Below are positions 40,090 to 49,772 of a DNA stretch of 64,000 nucleotides, piece by piece. This DNA is from an uncultured Actinomycetes bacterium. GTDB taxonomy: Bacteria; Actinomycetota; Thermoleophilia; Gaiellales; JAICJC01. The stretch spans positions 24,393 to 88,392 of the forward strand of contig CAVXZW010000017.1 in NCBI GenBank assembly GCA_963766445.1, in the 5' to 3' direction. A program made the translations under genes and the position numbers. The notes beneath the pieces are model-generated. The model was given only the letters and a program-made list of their open reading frames with translations. It made no database searches and was not told the DNA's origin. Each line of letters begins with the position of its first letter. Position 1 is the first letter of the stretch.

Positions 40090-40153
40090 GCTGAGCTTCT
40101 CCACACGAAAATGCCCGCGAGATGACGGGCGAAATGATCGTAGCAGACGGCCC

Positions 40154-42681
40154 TCACTCGCCGAGCAGCCGCCCGAACAGGCCCTTCTTGCGGGCGCCGT
40201 CCCCGTCGCCGGCCGGCTCGGGCGCTGCCGCGGGCTGCGGTGGCTCTGCCGCCGGCTCCGGTCTGGCTGGGGGCGCGGCCACGGCTGCGGCCCTTGCGGA
40301 CACGGGCTCGGCCGGCGGCGCCTCAGGCGCCTCGGTCGCGGCGTCAGCGTCAGCTCCCGGCGCAGGTTCAGCCACCGCCCTGGGCTTTCGCGCGCGCGGC
40401 TTTCGCGCCGGCTTCGGCTTCTCGGCGGCATCCGGCTCACCCACCTCGCCGTTTACGGCCGGCACCTCCGTGGGCGGCTCCAGCAGCGCAGCGTCCGGTG
40501 CGTCTTCCGCGGCTGCCGCGGCGGCTGTCCCCGCCGACTTGCGCGTGCGGCTGCGGCCGCCGCGGGTGCCACGGCGGCGCTTCGGCTTGGCCTCGCCGTC
40601 GGCCGCCGGCTCGCCGTCTCCGCTCTCGGCATCTGCGTCTGCAGCTGCGGGAGCGTCCTCGGTGTCTCCCGGCGCCTCGGCGCCGGCCGCCTTGGTTCGC
40701 GTGCGGCCGCCGCGGCTGCGGCGCCGCTTCGGCTTGGCCTCGGCGTCTGTGTCCTCGCCGTCCGCTGCGACCTCGACCACCTCTGGCGCCGACGCGGCCT
40801 CCTCGTCGGCGGTCATCCTCCTTGGCACCGGCCTTGCGGCGCGTGCCCGAGGTGGCGGTCGTGGTCGCGGTGCGGCGCCGCCGTCCGCGCGTGCGCTCCT
40901 CGAGCTCCAGACGCTCGCCCACCTCGCGGTCGAAGTCGGGCAGCTCGAACTCACCGGGCTCCGGCGGCAGCTCGATCGGCGCCGGCTTGGCGTCGAGCAG
41001 CGTGGCGTAGGCGATGGTGCGCGTGGCGCGGTCGATCCGCACCCTGTGCTCCTGGCCCACGTAGCTGATCGCGCCGCCCACGATCACCTGGTAGCCGTTC
41101 AGCCGGGCGACGCCGTCGGACAGGTTGAACATGTGCGGCTCGTCGATCCGAAGCTTGGTCTCGTCGCCCTCCTTGACGGGCATGTCCGCTCCGTCGACCT
41201 CGAGCGCGTGTGCCCTCCTCGACCACGTCAACCTCCTCGAGCGGCATCCGCATCTCGCCCTCGAGCGTGAAGAAGCGGCCGGTCTCGCGCTCCAGCTCCA
41301 GCAGCTTGACGCCGCCGGGGCCGGCCAGCTTGGCCGCCACCTTCGAGTTCAGCCGGATCCGGAACGCCTCCGACGAGGAGGCGTGGGCCAGCTTTCGCAG
41401 CTTGCGCTCGGCCTCCACCGCCATCGTGTCCTGCGACAGCACGCGGCCCTCGCCGCCGCAGGTGGGGCAGATCGAGGTGAGCGTCTCGCGCACGCCCTCG
41501 GTCGTGTTCTGGCGGGTCATCTCAACCAGGCCCAACGGCGAGATGTCGACCAGGTAGGTCTTCGTGCGGTCCTTCGTCAGCTCTTCGGTCAGCACCGCGA
41601 GCAGCTCCTTGCGGTTGCGCTCGCGCTCGAGGTCGATGAAGTCGATCACGATGATGCCGCCGATGTCGCGCAGCCGCAACTGCCGCAGCACCTCGCGGGC
41701 GGCCTCGACGTTGGTGCGAAGCGTCGTCTCCTCGAGGTGGCTCTGCCGGGTCGATGAGCCGGAGTTCACGTCGATCACGGTGAACGCCTCGGCGTAGTCG
41801 AACAGCAGGTAGCCGCCCGAGGGCAGGTCGACGCGCCGGTTCAGTGTCGAGCGGATGGCGGCCTCGACGCCGTACTGCTCGAACAGCGGCTGGCTGCCGG
41901 TGTGCAGCTCGATGCGGTCGGCGAACTCGGGCTGCGTGGTGCGCACCCAGCCCAGGATCCGGCGGTACTGCCGCTCGGAGTCGACCACGACCTTGTCGAC
42001 GTTTCGGGTCAGCAGGTCGCGGATAACGCGCAGCGAGAGGTCGCCGTCCTGATGCACCATGGTCTTGGTGGGCGCGGTCTTCGCGCGCGCCTGCACCTGG
42101 GCCCAGATCTTGCGCAGGAAGCGCAGGTCGCGTTCGAGGTCCTCGAGCGTGGCGCCGGCGGCCGCGGTGCGGGCGATCACGCCCACTCCGTCAGTCTCGA
42201 GCTGCTTGACCAGCTTGCGCAGCCGCTCGCGCTCGCCGTCGGGAAGTCGCTTGCTGACACCGGAGCCCTCGCCATCCGGCGTCAGCACCAGGAAGCGGCC
42301 GGCGATGGAGAGCTCCATCGTCACGCGCGCGCCCTTGGTCTTCATCGGGTTCTTCTCGATCTGCACCAGGATGTCCTGGCCGTTCGAGAGCATGTCCGAG
42401 ATCTTCTTGCGGCGGCGCGCGGTGGCGCTCAAGCCGGGGACGACCACGTCGCGCACCTGCAGGAACCCGTTCTTGGGGGCGCCGAAGTCGACGAACGCGG
42501 CGTCGATGGCGGGCAGGATGTTGTCGATCTTGGCCTTGTAGATGTTGCCGGCGATGGAGCCGGCGCCGCGCCGCTCGATGTAGGTCTCGACGGTGCGTCC
42601 CTCCTCGAGCACGGCCACTCGTAGCTCCGAGAGGTCGACCGAGATCAGGATGGTCTTGATGGTGTTTGCGATTACTGTCAC
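40154..42681 (-). CDS. rne: ribonuclease E/G family (RNase E-like with Arg/acidic-rich tail), two frame shifts
   Basis: S1 and catalytic core in ORF 40951..42681 (ILISVDLSELRVAVLEEG..., CPTCGGEGRV). Continues in ORF 40437..41231 and then ORF 40154..40954. Shifts near 41200 and 40815. Confidence 0.9.
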
Positions 42682-43325
42682 GTAGGGGCTCCTACCGGCG
42701 CTTCGCGCAGCACGATGTTCGTGCGCACGAGCCGGATGATGGTTGGGGTCGCGCCGATGGTGGCTGCGACCGCGGTTGCGACTTCCTCGGGGCGGGCGGT
42801 GCCGGCCTCGGTCAGATCGATGTCCGCCGCGAGCCCGTCCGGGCCGTGGCTGATATGGGTGCAGAACGCGCGCACGTCGATGCGCTTGTCCGCCTTCTTG
42901 GGTGCGGTGCGGATCACGACCGCCGCGTCGGCGGCCAGGTAGCGCTCGACCGCCTGATCCCAGTCGATGTCGTCGGCGACCTCGATCAGATACGACACGC
43001 AGCGCACGCGCGACGCGGCCGGCTTGCCGACGGCCTGCTCGGCCGCGATCAGCTCGAACCCGGCCGGCAGTTGCTCCGACAGCCGCTCGGAGAGTTCCGC
43101 CGTGGCGGGCTCGCTGGTCAGCTCGACGTCTGCCAGCTCCGCCTCACTCTGCACCCCCACTGCCCGGGGCAGCGCTAGCGCGATTACCGGCCGGGGCCGC
43201 ATGGCGCGGGAGAGGGCGACCTGATAGCCGGCGCGGCGGAGCGCCGACAGGAGTGTGTCAACCGTTTCGAGGTGCGACAGAAAACGCGCTCTGCCGCGGA
43301 CCGCGAAGGTGATGCGATATGTCAA
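42678..43325 (-). CDS. TIGR03936-family radical SAM-associated protein (DUF2344)
   Basis: 215-aa ORF, YRITFAVRGRARFLSHLETVDTLLSALRRAG. Lies between the radical SAM gene and rne, as in other Actinobacteria. TTG start. Confidence 0.8.
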   Translation of the reverse strand: MTYRITFAVRGRARFLSHLETVDTLLSALRRAGYQVALSRAMRPRPVIALALPRAVGVQSEAELADVELTSEPATAELSERLSEQLPAGFELIAAEQAVGKPAASRVRCVSYLIEVADDIDWDQAVERYLAADAAVVIRTAPKKADKRIDVRAFCTHISHGPDGLAADIDLTEAGTARPEEVATAVAATIGATPTIIRLVRTNIVLREAPVGAPT

Positions 43326-43343
43326 AAAACCAGCTCACTTGAG

Positions 43344-43404
43344 AAAAAACTTTCGTTTGGAGCGTGCGCCTGGGACTCGACTGGACCCTGGCTGCGGAAC
43401 GCTC
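43344..43404 (-). terminator. attenuator/terminator-like hairpin followed by a T6 run inside the radical SAM operon spacer
   Basis: On the minus strand, GAGCGT...ACGCTC (43404-43360), then caaacgaaag and TTTTTT (43349-43344). A second T6 run lies at 43329-43324, just before the TTG start. Confidence 0.3.
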
Positions 43405-43461
43405 TGTCCCTAGGAGTGTAGCCGCTCCTCTTCGATACATCGGCGGGCGCGGCTCCGAGCT

Positions 43462-45216
43462 TCAGTGCACGAGCAGGTTTCGCACCGGGCCGAAGCAGGC
43501 TCCGCAGTCGACGCAGCCGTCCCAGCGACAGTCGCCGGTGGCCACCTCGGCCTTGCTCTGCCACCACTCGTCGAGCAGGAATTCCTTGGTGATGCCGCTG
43601 CGCACGTGGTCCCACGGCAGCTCGTCCCACTCGCCGAACTCGTGGGTGGCCTGCTCGTCCATGGTCGTGTCCAGCCGGGCGAACGCGTCGTGCCAGGCCT
43701 GCTCCTGGAACATCTCGGTCCAGGCATCGAAGCGGGCGCCCCCGCGCCAGGCCAGCTCGATCACCTCGGCGGTGCGGTCGTCGCCGCGCGACAGCGCGCC
43801 CTCGAGCATCGAGGTGCGCAGGTCGTGCAGCGACAGCCGGATCTGGCGGGTCGGCATCGCGCGGCGCATGTAGGCCTGCTTGGCGGCGAGCTGGTCGCGC
43901 GGCGCCATGCCCTCCCACTGGAATGGGGTGTGCGGCTTGGGCACGAAGTTGGAGGCGCTCATGTGCACCGAGAAGCGGCCGCCCACGGCACGGCCGATCT
44001 CGCGGGCGCGGATGCCGAGGTCGACGATGCCCTGCACCTCGTCGTGGGTCTCGCGCGGCAGGCCGATCATGAAGTACATCTTGAGGCTCGAGTACCCGGC
44101 CCGGAAGGCGGCCTCGATCGCGCTCTCGATCATCTCATCGGTGATGGTCTTGCAGATGATGTCGCGCATCCGCTGGGTGGCGGCCTCGGGCGCGAGCGTG
44201 ATCGACGACTGGCGGGCGTTGGCGGCGGCGGTGAGGGCGACCGGGCCGGTGTCGACGCGGTTGGAGGGCAGCGACAGGTGCAGGTCGGGGGCGCGTTCCT
44301 TGATGCCCTCGATGGCGGCCACGACGTCGGTGTAGTCGCTGGTGGCGAGGCTGGTCAGCGACAGCTCGTCGTAGCCGGTGCAGCCGAGCTGAGCGAGGCC
44401 GGCCTCGATCACCTGGTCGGCGGGGCGCTCGCGGACGGGGCGGTACCAGGTACCGGCGTGGCAGAAGCGGCAGCCGCGGGTGCAGCCGCGCATCACCTCG
44501 ACGGAGGCACGCGAGAAGATGGCCGACGAGTAGGGCACGACCGGCGCGGTCGGCTGCGTCTCGATGCCGAACTCGGTGTAGATGGCGCGCTCGACGGGCC
44601 GGCGGCCGAGGGACGGGACATAGACGGACGGGATCTGCTCCAGCAGGCCCATGCGGCCGGCCCGGTCGGGGGCGCTGTCGATCGCGTCCAGCACGGCCTC
44701 GAACGCCTCCTCGGACTCGCCCATGAAGAAGGCGTCGAAGAAGGGCGCCATCGGTGCCGGGTTGGAGGCGCTGGGCCCGCCGGCGATCACGATCGGGTCG
44801 GAGGAGCCACGCTCGGCGGCGCGGATCGGGATGCCGGCCAGGTCGAGCACCTCGAGCACGTTCGAGTAGGTCAGCTCCGCTTGCAGCGTGATGCCGAGCA
44901 TGTCGACCTCGCCGACGGGCCGCCAGGTTTCGAGGGTGAACAGCGGGATGCCCTCGGCCCGCATCGCGTCCGCCATGTCCGGCCACGGGCAGTAGACGCG
45001 CTCAGCGGCGAACGCCTCGCGGGCGTTGACCTGGGCGTACAGGATCTGCAGGGCCTGGTTGGAGATGCCGATCTCGTAGGCATCCGGATAGCAGAGCGCG
45101 ACGAGGCGGGTGGCCTGCGGCTTGCGCACCTGGTTGGCCTCGCCGCCGATGTACCGGGACGGCTTCTGCACCGTCTCCAGCACCGCCTCGATCTTCTGGT
45201 CAAGCAGAGGCGCCAT
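43462..45216 (-). CDS. TIGR03960-family B12-binding-domain radical SAM protein
   Basis: 584-aa uninterrupted ORF with the CTRGCRFCHAG radical SAM motif. Confidence 0.9.
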   Translation of the reverse strand: MAPLLDQKIEAVLETVQKPSRYIGGEANQVRKPQATRLVALCYPDAYEIGISNQALQILYAQVNAREAFAAERVYCPWPDMADAMRAEGIPLFTLETWRPVGEVDMLGITLQAELTYSNVLEVLDLAGIPIRAAERGSSDPIVIAGGPSASNPAPMAPFFDAFFMGESEEAFEAVLDAIDSAPDRAGRMGLLEQIPSVYVPSLGRRPVERAIYTEFGIETQPTAPVVPYSSAIFSRASVEVMRGCTRGCRFCHAGTWYRPVRERPADQVIEAGLAQLGCTGYDELSLTSLATSDYTDVVAAIEGIKERAPDLHLSLPSNRVDTGPVALTAAANARQSSITLAPEAATQRMRDIICKTITDEMIESAIEAAFRAGYSSLKMYFMIGLPRETHDEVQGIVDLGIRAREIGRAVGGRFSVHMSASNFVPKPHTPFQWEGMAPRDQLAAKQAYMRRAMPTRQIRLSLHDLRTSMLEGALSRGDDRTAEVIELAWRGGARFDAWTEMFQEQAWHDAFARLDTTMDEQATHEFGEWDELPWDHVRSGITKEFLLDEWWQSKAEVATGDCRWDGCVDCGACFGPVRNLLVH

Positions 45217-45234
45217 GGGGCCATGCTACCGGTT

Positions 45235-45562
45235 GGGGGTGGAACGCAGGTGCCGGGCACCGTCGTTACACCGTTCACATCTCCGTGACCATTCCGCGAC
45301 AAGCGGCTGATAGAGAGGTGCCGGGCACCGTTCCATCACCCGTGACGAGGCCGTGATCGCGATGTGACAAATCCAAGCGTCACGGATCCGTCACGCCGCG
45401 GTCACACGTGGAACGACGGTGCCCGGCACCTGCGTTCCACCCGGGCGGCTCCCGCGCACCGGGCGTGCGGCAGGGGGCGCGTCACGGGACGGTCACGCCG
45501 GCGTCACGGGACGGTCACGCCGGCGTCGCGCCAGTTACGACGGTGCCCGGCACCTCTCCATC
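45235..45562. repeat. repeat-dense leader: four GGTGCC(G/C)GGCACC palindromes, a 33-bp near-palindrome twice, 22-bp tandem duplication, many GTCACG boxes
   Basis: 33-mers at 45239-45271 and 45408-45440 are reverse complements with 1 mismatch. Core palindromes are centred near 45255, 45323, 45424 and 45547. GCGTCACGGGACGGTCACGCCG occurs in tandem at 45479-45522. Confidence 0.6.
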
Positions 45563-45623
45563 AGTCTCGACCGGTGGTTGAGGGTTCCGGCGTTGTCGAA
45601 CGGGCGCGTCGTGCCTGCGCCGG

Positions 45624-46544
45624 CTAGCGCCGCTTCCTGATCATCTCCAGCACCTCGGCCCGCACGCCTTCGGCAAGCGCGCGCAGGTGCGAGACGTCGG
45701 CCACCGCGCCGTGCGCGAAGTACTCGTCCGCAGCTCGCCCGAGCGCCTTCGTGGCCGAGTACGCGATCGCGCTCTTCACGGCCCAGCCCGCCACCGGCAC
45801 CAGATCGAGCAGCTCGCGTGCGACCGCCCGGAACCCGAACCCGGCTCCCAGCACCGACAGCAGCTCCACCGCCCGGTCGGTCGACACCTGCTCGCCGTAG
45901 CAGGCACCGATCCCGAGCACCATCCGCATCTGCAGCGCCGTCAGGATCGGCATGTCCGCGCCCGGCACGAAGATGATCAGCGCCGTCTTCGCGTTCGTCC
46001 GCGCCGCCTTCTCGATCAGCCGGTCGACCACGTGCGGCCGCAGCGCCGGCAGCTGCGCCGCCAGGTACGGCCCGTTCGGCCCTGCTTTCTCCGCCAGCCG
46101 CTCCATCGCCCTCGCCGCCGGGAACCGCCCGCGCCGGTACGGCATCAGGTCGCTCGGCATCACACCGCGCACCCGGCCGGCCTCGGTCACCGCCGAGCTG
46201 GGCAGGTCGAGCGCCTCCAGCATCGCCAGCTTGGGTGCGGTCGCCCGACCGATCACCTCGAGGTCGGACCGCGTCTGCGCATCCAGCCCGGACACAACCT
46301 CACCGCCGTAGACCACCACCGCCGCCTCCGACAGCCGCGTCGCATCGTCGCGAACCAGCCGCCGCACCGCGAACAGCTGCGCCGCCTGCGACGACCCGCC
46401 GCCCAGCGCCAGCATCAGCTCGTCCAGCGGCTCCTTGCGCCCGCACAGCAGCAACGGCGCCGTACCCGTCTCCTGGCGGACGTCCTTGACGGCGCCGAAC
46501 ATGCGCCTGGCCTGACTGGTCGCGGCGCCCGCGGCGCTAGCCAT
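45624..46544 (-). CDS. DUF697-like protein
   Basis: C-terminal half ...IIFVPGADMPILTALQMRMVLGIGACYG...LVPVAGWAVKSAIAYSATKALGRAADEYF resembles DUF697. ATG 46544 overlaps the rodA end by 8 nt. Confidence 0.55.
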   Translation of the reverse strand: MASAAGAATSQARRMFGAVKDVRQETGTAPLLLCGRKEPLDELMLALGGGSSQAAQLFAVRRLVRDDATRLSEAAVVVYGGEVVSGLDAQTRSDLEVIGRATAPKLAMLEALDLPSSAVTEAGRVRGVMPSDLMPYRRGRFPAARAMERLAEKAGPNGPYLAAQLPALRPHVVDRLIEKAARTNAKTALIIFVPGADMPILTALQMRMVLGIGACYGEQVSTDRAVELLSVLGAGFGFRAVARELLDLVPVAGWAVKSAIAYSATKALGRAADEYFAHGAVADVSHLRALAEGVRAEVLEMIRKRR

Positions 46545-47694
46545 ACGCGGGCCCTCGCCCGCCCAGCCGCGGTTCGGCGCGCCGGTACGCGTCCACATGG
46601 ATCGCCTGCAGCACGCCGATCGCAAACAGGTTTGTGATCGTGTGCGTGCCGCCGAAGCTCATGAACGGCAAGGGGATGCCGGTGATCGGCGCCACGCCGA
46701 TCGTCATCCCGATGTTGATGAAAATCTGGAACACGAGCATGCTGACGATACCCGCCGCCACCAGGCTGCCGAACGTCGACCTCGAGATCGTGATCACCTT
46801 CAGCCCCCGCCAGATCAGCAGCGCGTAAAGGCCGAGCAGCCAGATCGCGCCCACGAAGCCGCGCTCCTCGCCCACCACCGAGAAGATGAAGTCGGTCGCG
46901 TGCTCGGGCAGGTAGTTGAGGCGCGTCTGCGTGGCGCCGGCGTACCCGGTGCCCCCCACTCCGCCGTGGCCGACCGCGATCATCGACTGCGTGATGTGGT
47001 ACCCGTCGCCCTGGATGTTCGACGAGCTCGGGTGCAGGAACGCGGTCAGGCGATCCATCTGGTACTGCTTGATGACCGGGACGCCGAGCCCCGGCATGAT
47101 CGAGAACACCATCGCTAGCGTCACCACGAAGGCCAGCCCCAGCCACGCGAAGTGCCGCCACGGTGCGCCCAGCACGAACAGCATGCCCAGCGTCACCGCC
47201 GCGTACACGAGCGCCGTCCCGAAGTCGGGCTCCGCGAACACGAGCAGCGCCGGCAGCGCCATGTAGGCCAGCGCGCCCAGCGTCAGCCGGGCCGGGCTCC
47301 ACTCGTTGCGCCGGTTCCCCAGCCACGCCGCCAGCCCCACGATCAGCAGCAGCTTGCCAAGCTCCGACGGCTGGAACTGGAACACACCCAGGTTGATCCA
47401 GCGCTGTCCGCCCTGCACGCTGGTGCCGATCACGAGCACCACCATCGTCGAGAGCACGACGAACAGGTACAGCAGCGGGTTGATTCGGCGCAGGAACCGC
47501 GGCGGCACCAGCGAGATCAGCAGCATGCCCGCAACCCCGACCACCGCGTAGGCCAGCTGGCGGTTGTAGTAGTAGGTGGGGTCGCCGGGGATGTCGTTGC
47601 GGGTCGCGTTGCGCAGGATCCAGAGGCCGTAGGTCGTGATCGCAAGCGCGGTGGCCAGCATCATGTAGTCGAGGTGTCGCAGGTAGGTGCGCAT
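46537..47694 (-). CDS. rodA: SEDS peptidoglycan polymerase RodA
   Basis: MRTYLRHLDYMMLATALAITTYGLW... About 10 TM, FTS/RodA/SpoVE motifs (GGQRWI, SELGKL, PFMSFGG). Start overlaps the PBP2 stop (TGATG). Confidence 0.9.
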   Translation of the reverse strand: MRTYLRHLDYMMLATALAITTYGLWILRNATRNDIPGDPTYYYNRQLAYAVVGVAGMLLISLVPPRFLRRINPLLYLFVVLSTMVVLVIGTSVQGGQRWINLGVFQFQPSELGKLLLIVGLAAWLGNRRNEWSPARLTLGALAYMALPALLVFAEPDFGTALVYAAVTLGMLFVLGAPWRHFAWLGLAFVVTLAMVFSIMPGLGVPVIKQYQMDRLTAFLHPSSSNIQGDGYHITQSMIAVGHGGVGGTGYAGATQTRLNYLPEHATDFIFSVVGEERGFVGAIWLLGLYALLIWRGLKVITISRSTFGSLVAAGIVSMLVFQIFINIGMTIGVAPITGIPLPFMSFGGTHTITNLFAIGVLQAIHVDAYRRAEPRLGGRGPAYG

Positions 47695-49772
47695 CAGCGG
47701 GAGGCGTCCGTCCCGACGGTGTTCGTGATCTTCTGGTGGAAGAAGCCCTGGTAGACCTGGCGCGCCGCCGGCGCCGCCGAGACGCCGCCGTGCCCGCCGT
47801 CGTTGATCAGCGCCACCACCACCAGCTTGGGGTTGTTGGCGGGAGCGTACGAGGCGAACCACGCGTTCGGCGACGGATCCGGCGGGTGCTCGGCGGTGCC
47901 GGTCTTGCCGGCCACCGCCGGCGTGTAGCTGCCGAACACCGAGCTCGACGTGCCCAGCGAGCTGTGGCTGGCCTCATACAGGCCCTGGCGGATCTCGGAG
48001 AGCAGCGTCGGCGACAGGTGCAGATCGCGCTGCGGGGCCGGGTCGAACCGCTTGACCACATTGCCCTGGCTGTCCAGCAGCGCCTTGCCGATGTGCGGCG
48101 TGACCAGCTTGCCGCCGTTAGCGATCGCGCTGTAGGCGACGGCCAGCTGCATCGGCGAGACGGTCAGGTCGCCCTGGCCGATCGCCATCTGGATGTCGTA
48201 GCCCGGCTGCCAGACCTGATCGATCGGCTTCGAGTAGGTCTGCAGCCGCCAGGCCGGATCCGGTACCAGCCCGGAGAAGTAGGGCGACACCGGCAGGTCC
48301 ATCGGCGGCGTCTTTCCGAACCCGTACTGTCGGATCGTCTTCTGGAAGGCGATGCCTTGGTTCGGCAGGTCGTACATCTTGCTGCCCAGCTGGAAGAAGA
48401 AGGTGTTGCACGACTGCTCCAGCGCCGACTGCAGGTCCATGGTGCCCAGGCTCACCGTTGTCCAGTTGGGGAACGGTGTGTGCGAGAAGTCGCCAGGCCG
48501 GTAAAAGACGCCGGGGCAGTCGAGCGTCGAGCCCGGCCCCAGCACGCCCGAGTTCCAGGCCGCGGTGGCCGTGATCGGCTTGAAGGTGGAACCAGGAGCC
48601 TTGGGCTCGAGCGTCTTGTCGATCAGGGGCTGGTTGTACTTGTCCTTGTAGAGCTTGCCCGCGTTCTTGGCCGGCGGCAGGAACACCGACGGGTTGTAGC
48701 TGGGGTACGAGGCCATCGCGTAGATCTGGCCGTTCTGCGGGTTCAGGGCCACGATCGCCCCGGTGTGCGCCGTCACCTCGCCGTCGTTGTGGGCGACCTG
48801 GATGCCATAGGCGACCGCCTTCTGGGCGATCTTCTGCAGCCGCGAGTTGATCGTCAGCTGCAGCGTGTCGCCGGGCTGGGCGGCGCGCTGCACGTAGGTC
48901 GGGCCGACGGCGCGGCCGGTTGCGTCGTAGTTCTGCTCAAGCAGGCCGTCGGTGCCGCGCAGCTCACGGTCGTAGCTGTACTCGGCGCCGGCCTGGCCGA
49001 CCACGGCGCCGCCGGTGAGGCCCGCGAAGTTCGAGTCCTTCAGCTCCGACTGCGAGATCTGGCTGACGTAGCCGAGCACGTTCGGCGCGAGATCGCCGAA
49101 CGGGTACTGCCGCTGCGTGGTCTGCAGGAACTGCACGCCGGGGAACTGCGAGCGGCGCTCGAGCACGTAGGCCACCTCCGGCTCGGAGGCCGGCTTCAGC
49201 GGGATCGGCGGGCCGGCGTTGACCACGTAGCAGGGCGCGTGCGCCTTGGGAGTGCAGCCGCCGGAGCCGTCAGCGTTCACGTACAGCGTCTTCTCATACG
49301 CGCGCCACACCTCGTGCGTCTTCATGCCCAGCACCTGGCCCAGCCGCGCCAGCACCACGCAGCGAGTCTGGCCCTTGAGCGCCGCACAGCGCGGCACCGC
49401 CCCCGGCGGCGTGGCCGCGACAACGGCGTTGCACTTCGCGCGCTGGTCGGCCGGGAACGTGGTGCAGTCGACCCGCGTGGCCAGCCCGGCCGGGTTCACC
49501 TCGGCCAGCACGTGGCTGGTGTTCTTGACCAGCACCTTCCCCGTGCTGTCCTCGATCTCGCCGCGCGGCGCCGGCAGCGGCAGCTGCCGCACGTCGTTCT
49601 GGTTCGCCTGCGCCACGTAGTGATCCGAGTGCAGCACCTGCAGCGCCCACAGCCGGAACACCAGCACCCCGAACAGCACCACCGCGATCACGCCCAGCGT
49701 GGCCGCGCGGATCATCATCTGGTTCTTGTCGGGCGGCGGCTCCGGCCGGTTAGGCGGTGATTGGATAACCAT
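47694..49772 (-). CDS. mrdA: penicillin-binding protein 2 (elongasome transpeptidase)
   Basis: 692-aa ORF with an N-terminal TM and STFKP (SxxK), SCN (SxN), KTGTA motifs. mreCD-mrdA-rodA synteny. Confidence 0.9.
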   Translation of the reverse strand: MVIQSPPNRPEPPPDKNQMMIRAATLGVIAVVLFGVLVFRLWALQVLHSDHYVAQANQNDVRQLPLPAPRGEIEDSTGKVLVKNTSHVLAEVNPAGLATRVDCTTFPADQRAKCNAVVAATPPGAVPRCAALKGQTRCVVLARLGQVLGMKTHEVWRAYEKTLYVNADGSGGCTPKAHAPCYVVNAGPPIPLKPASEPEVAYVLERRSQFPGVQFLQTTQRQYPFGDLAPNVLGYVSQISQSELKDSNFAGLTGGAVVGQAGAEYSYDRELRGTDGLLEQNYDATGRAVGPTYVQRAAQPGDTLQLTINSRLQKIAQKAVAYGIQVAHNDGEVTAHTGAIVALNPQNGQIYAMASYPSYNPSVFLPPAKNAGKLYKDKYNQPLIDKTLEPKAPGSTFKPITATAAWNSGVLGPGSTLDCPGVFYRPGDFSHTPFPNWTTVSLGTMDLQSALEQSCNTFFFQLGSKMYDLPNQGIAFQKTIRQYGFGKTPPMDLPVSPYFSGLVPDPAWRLQTYSKPIDQVWQPGYDIQMAIGQGDLTVSPMQLAVAYSAIANGGKLVTPHIGKALLDSQGNVVKRFDPAPQRDLHLSPTLLSEIRQGLYEASHSSLGTSSSVFGSYTPAVAGKTGTAEHPPDPSPNAWFASYAPANNPKLVVVALINDGGHGGVSAAPAARQVYQGFFHQKITNTVGTDASR

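Noticed and set aside
40107-40130. Weak hairpin plus U4 between rne and rplU, as a terminator or L21 leader
   Set aside because: Only a 5-bp stem (GCCCG/CGGGC) with an 8-nt loop. Too weak to call.
45479-45527. Possible CRISPR array
   Set aside because: These are only 2.2 directly adjacent 22-bp units with no spacers, and no cas genes are in the window.
45364-45627. 87-aa plus-strand ORF in the repeat-dense leader
   Set aside because: It is Arg-rich, with no RBS. It is built from the GTCACG repeats, so it is not credible as coding.
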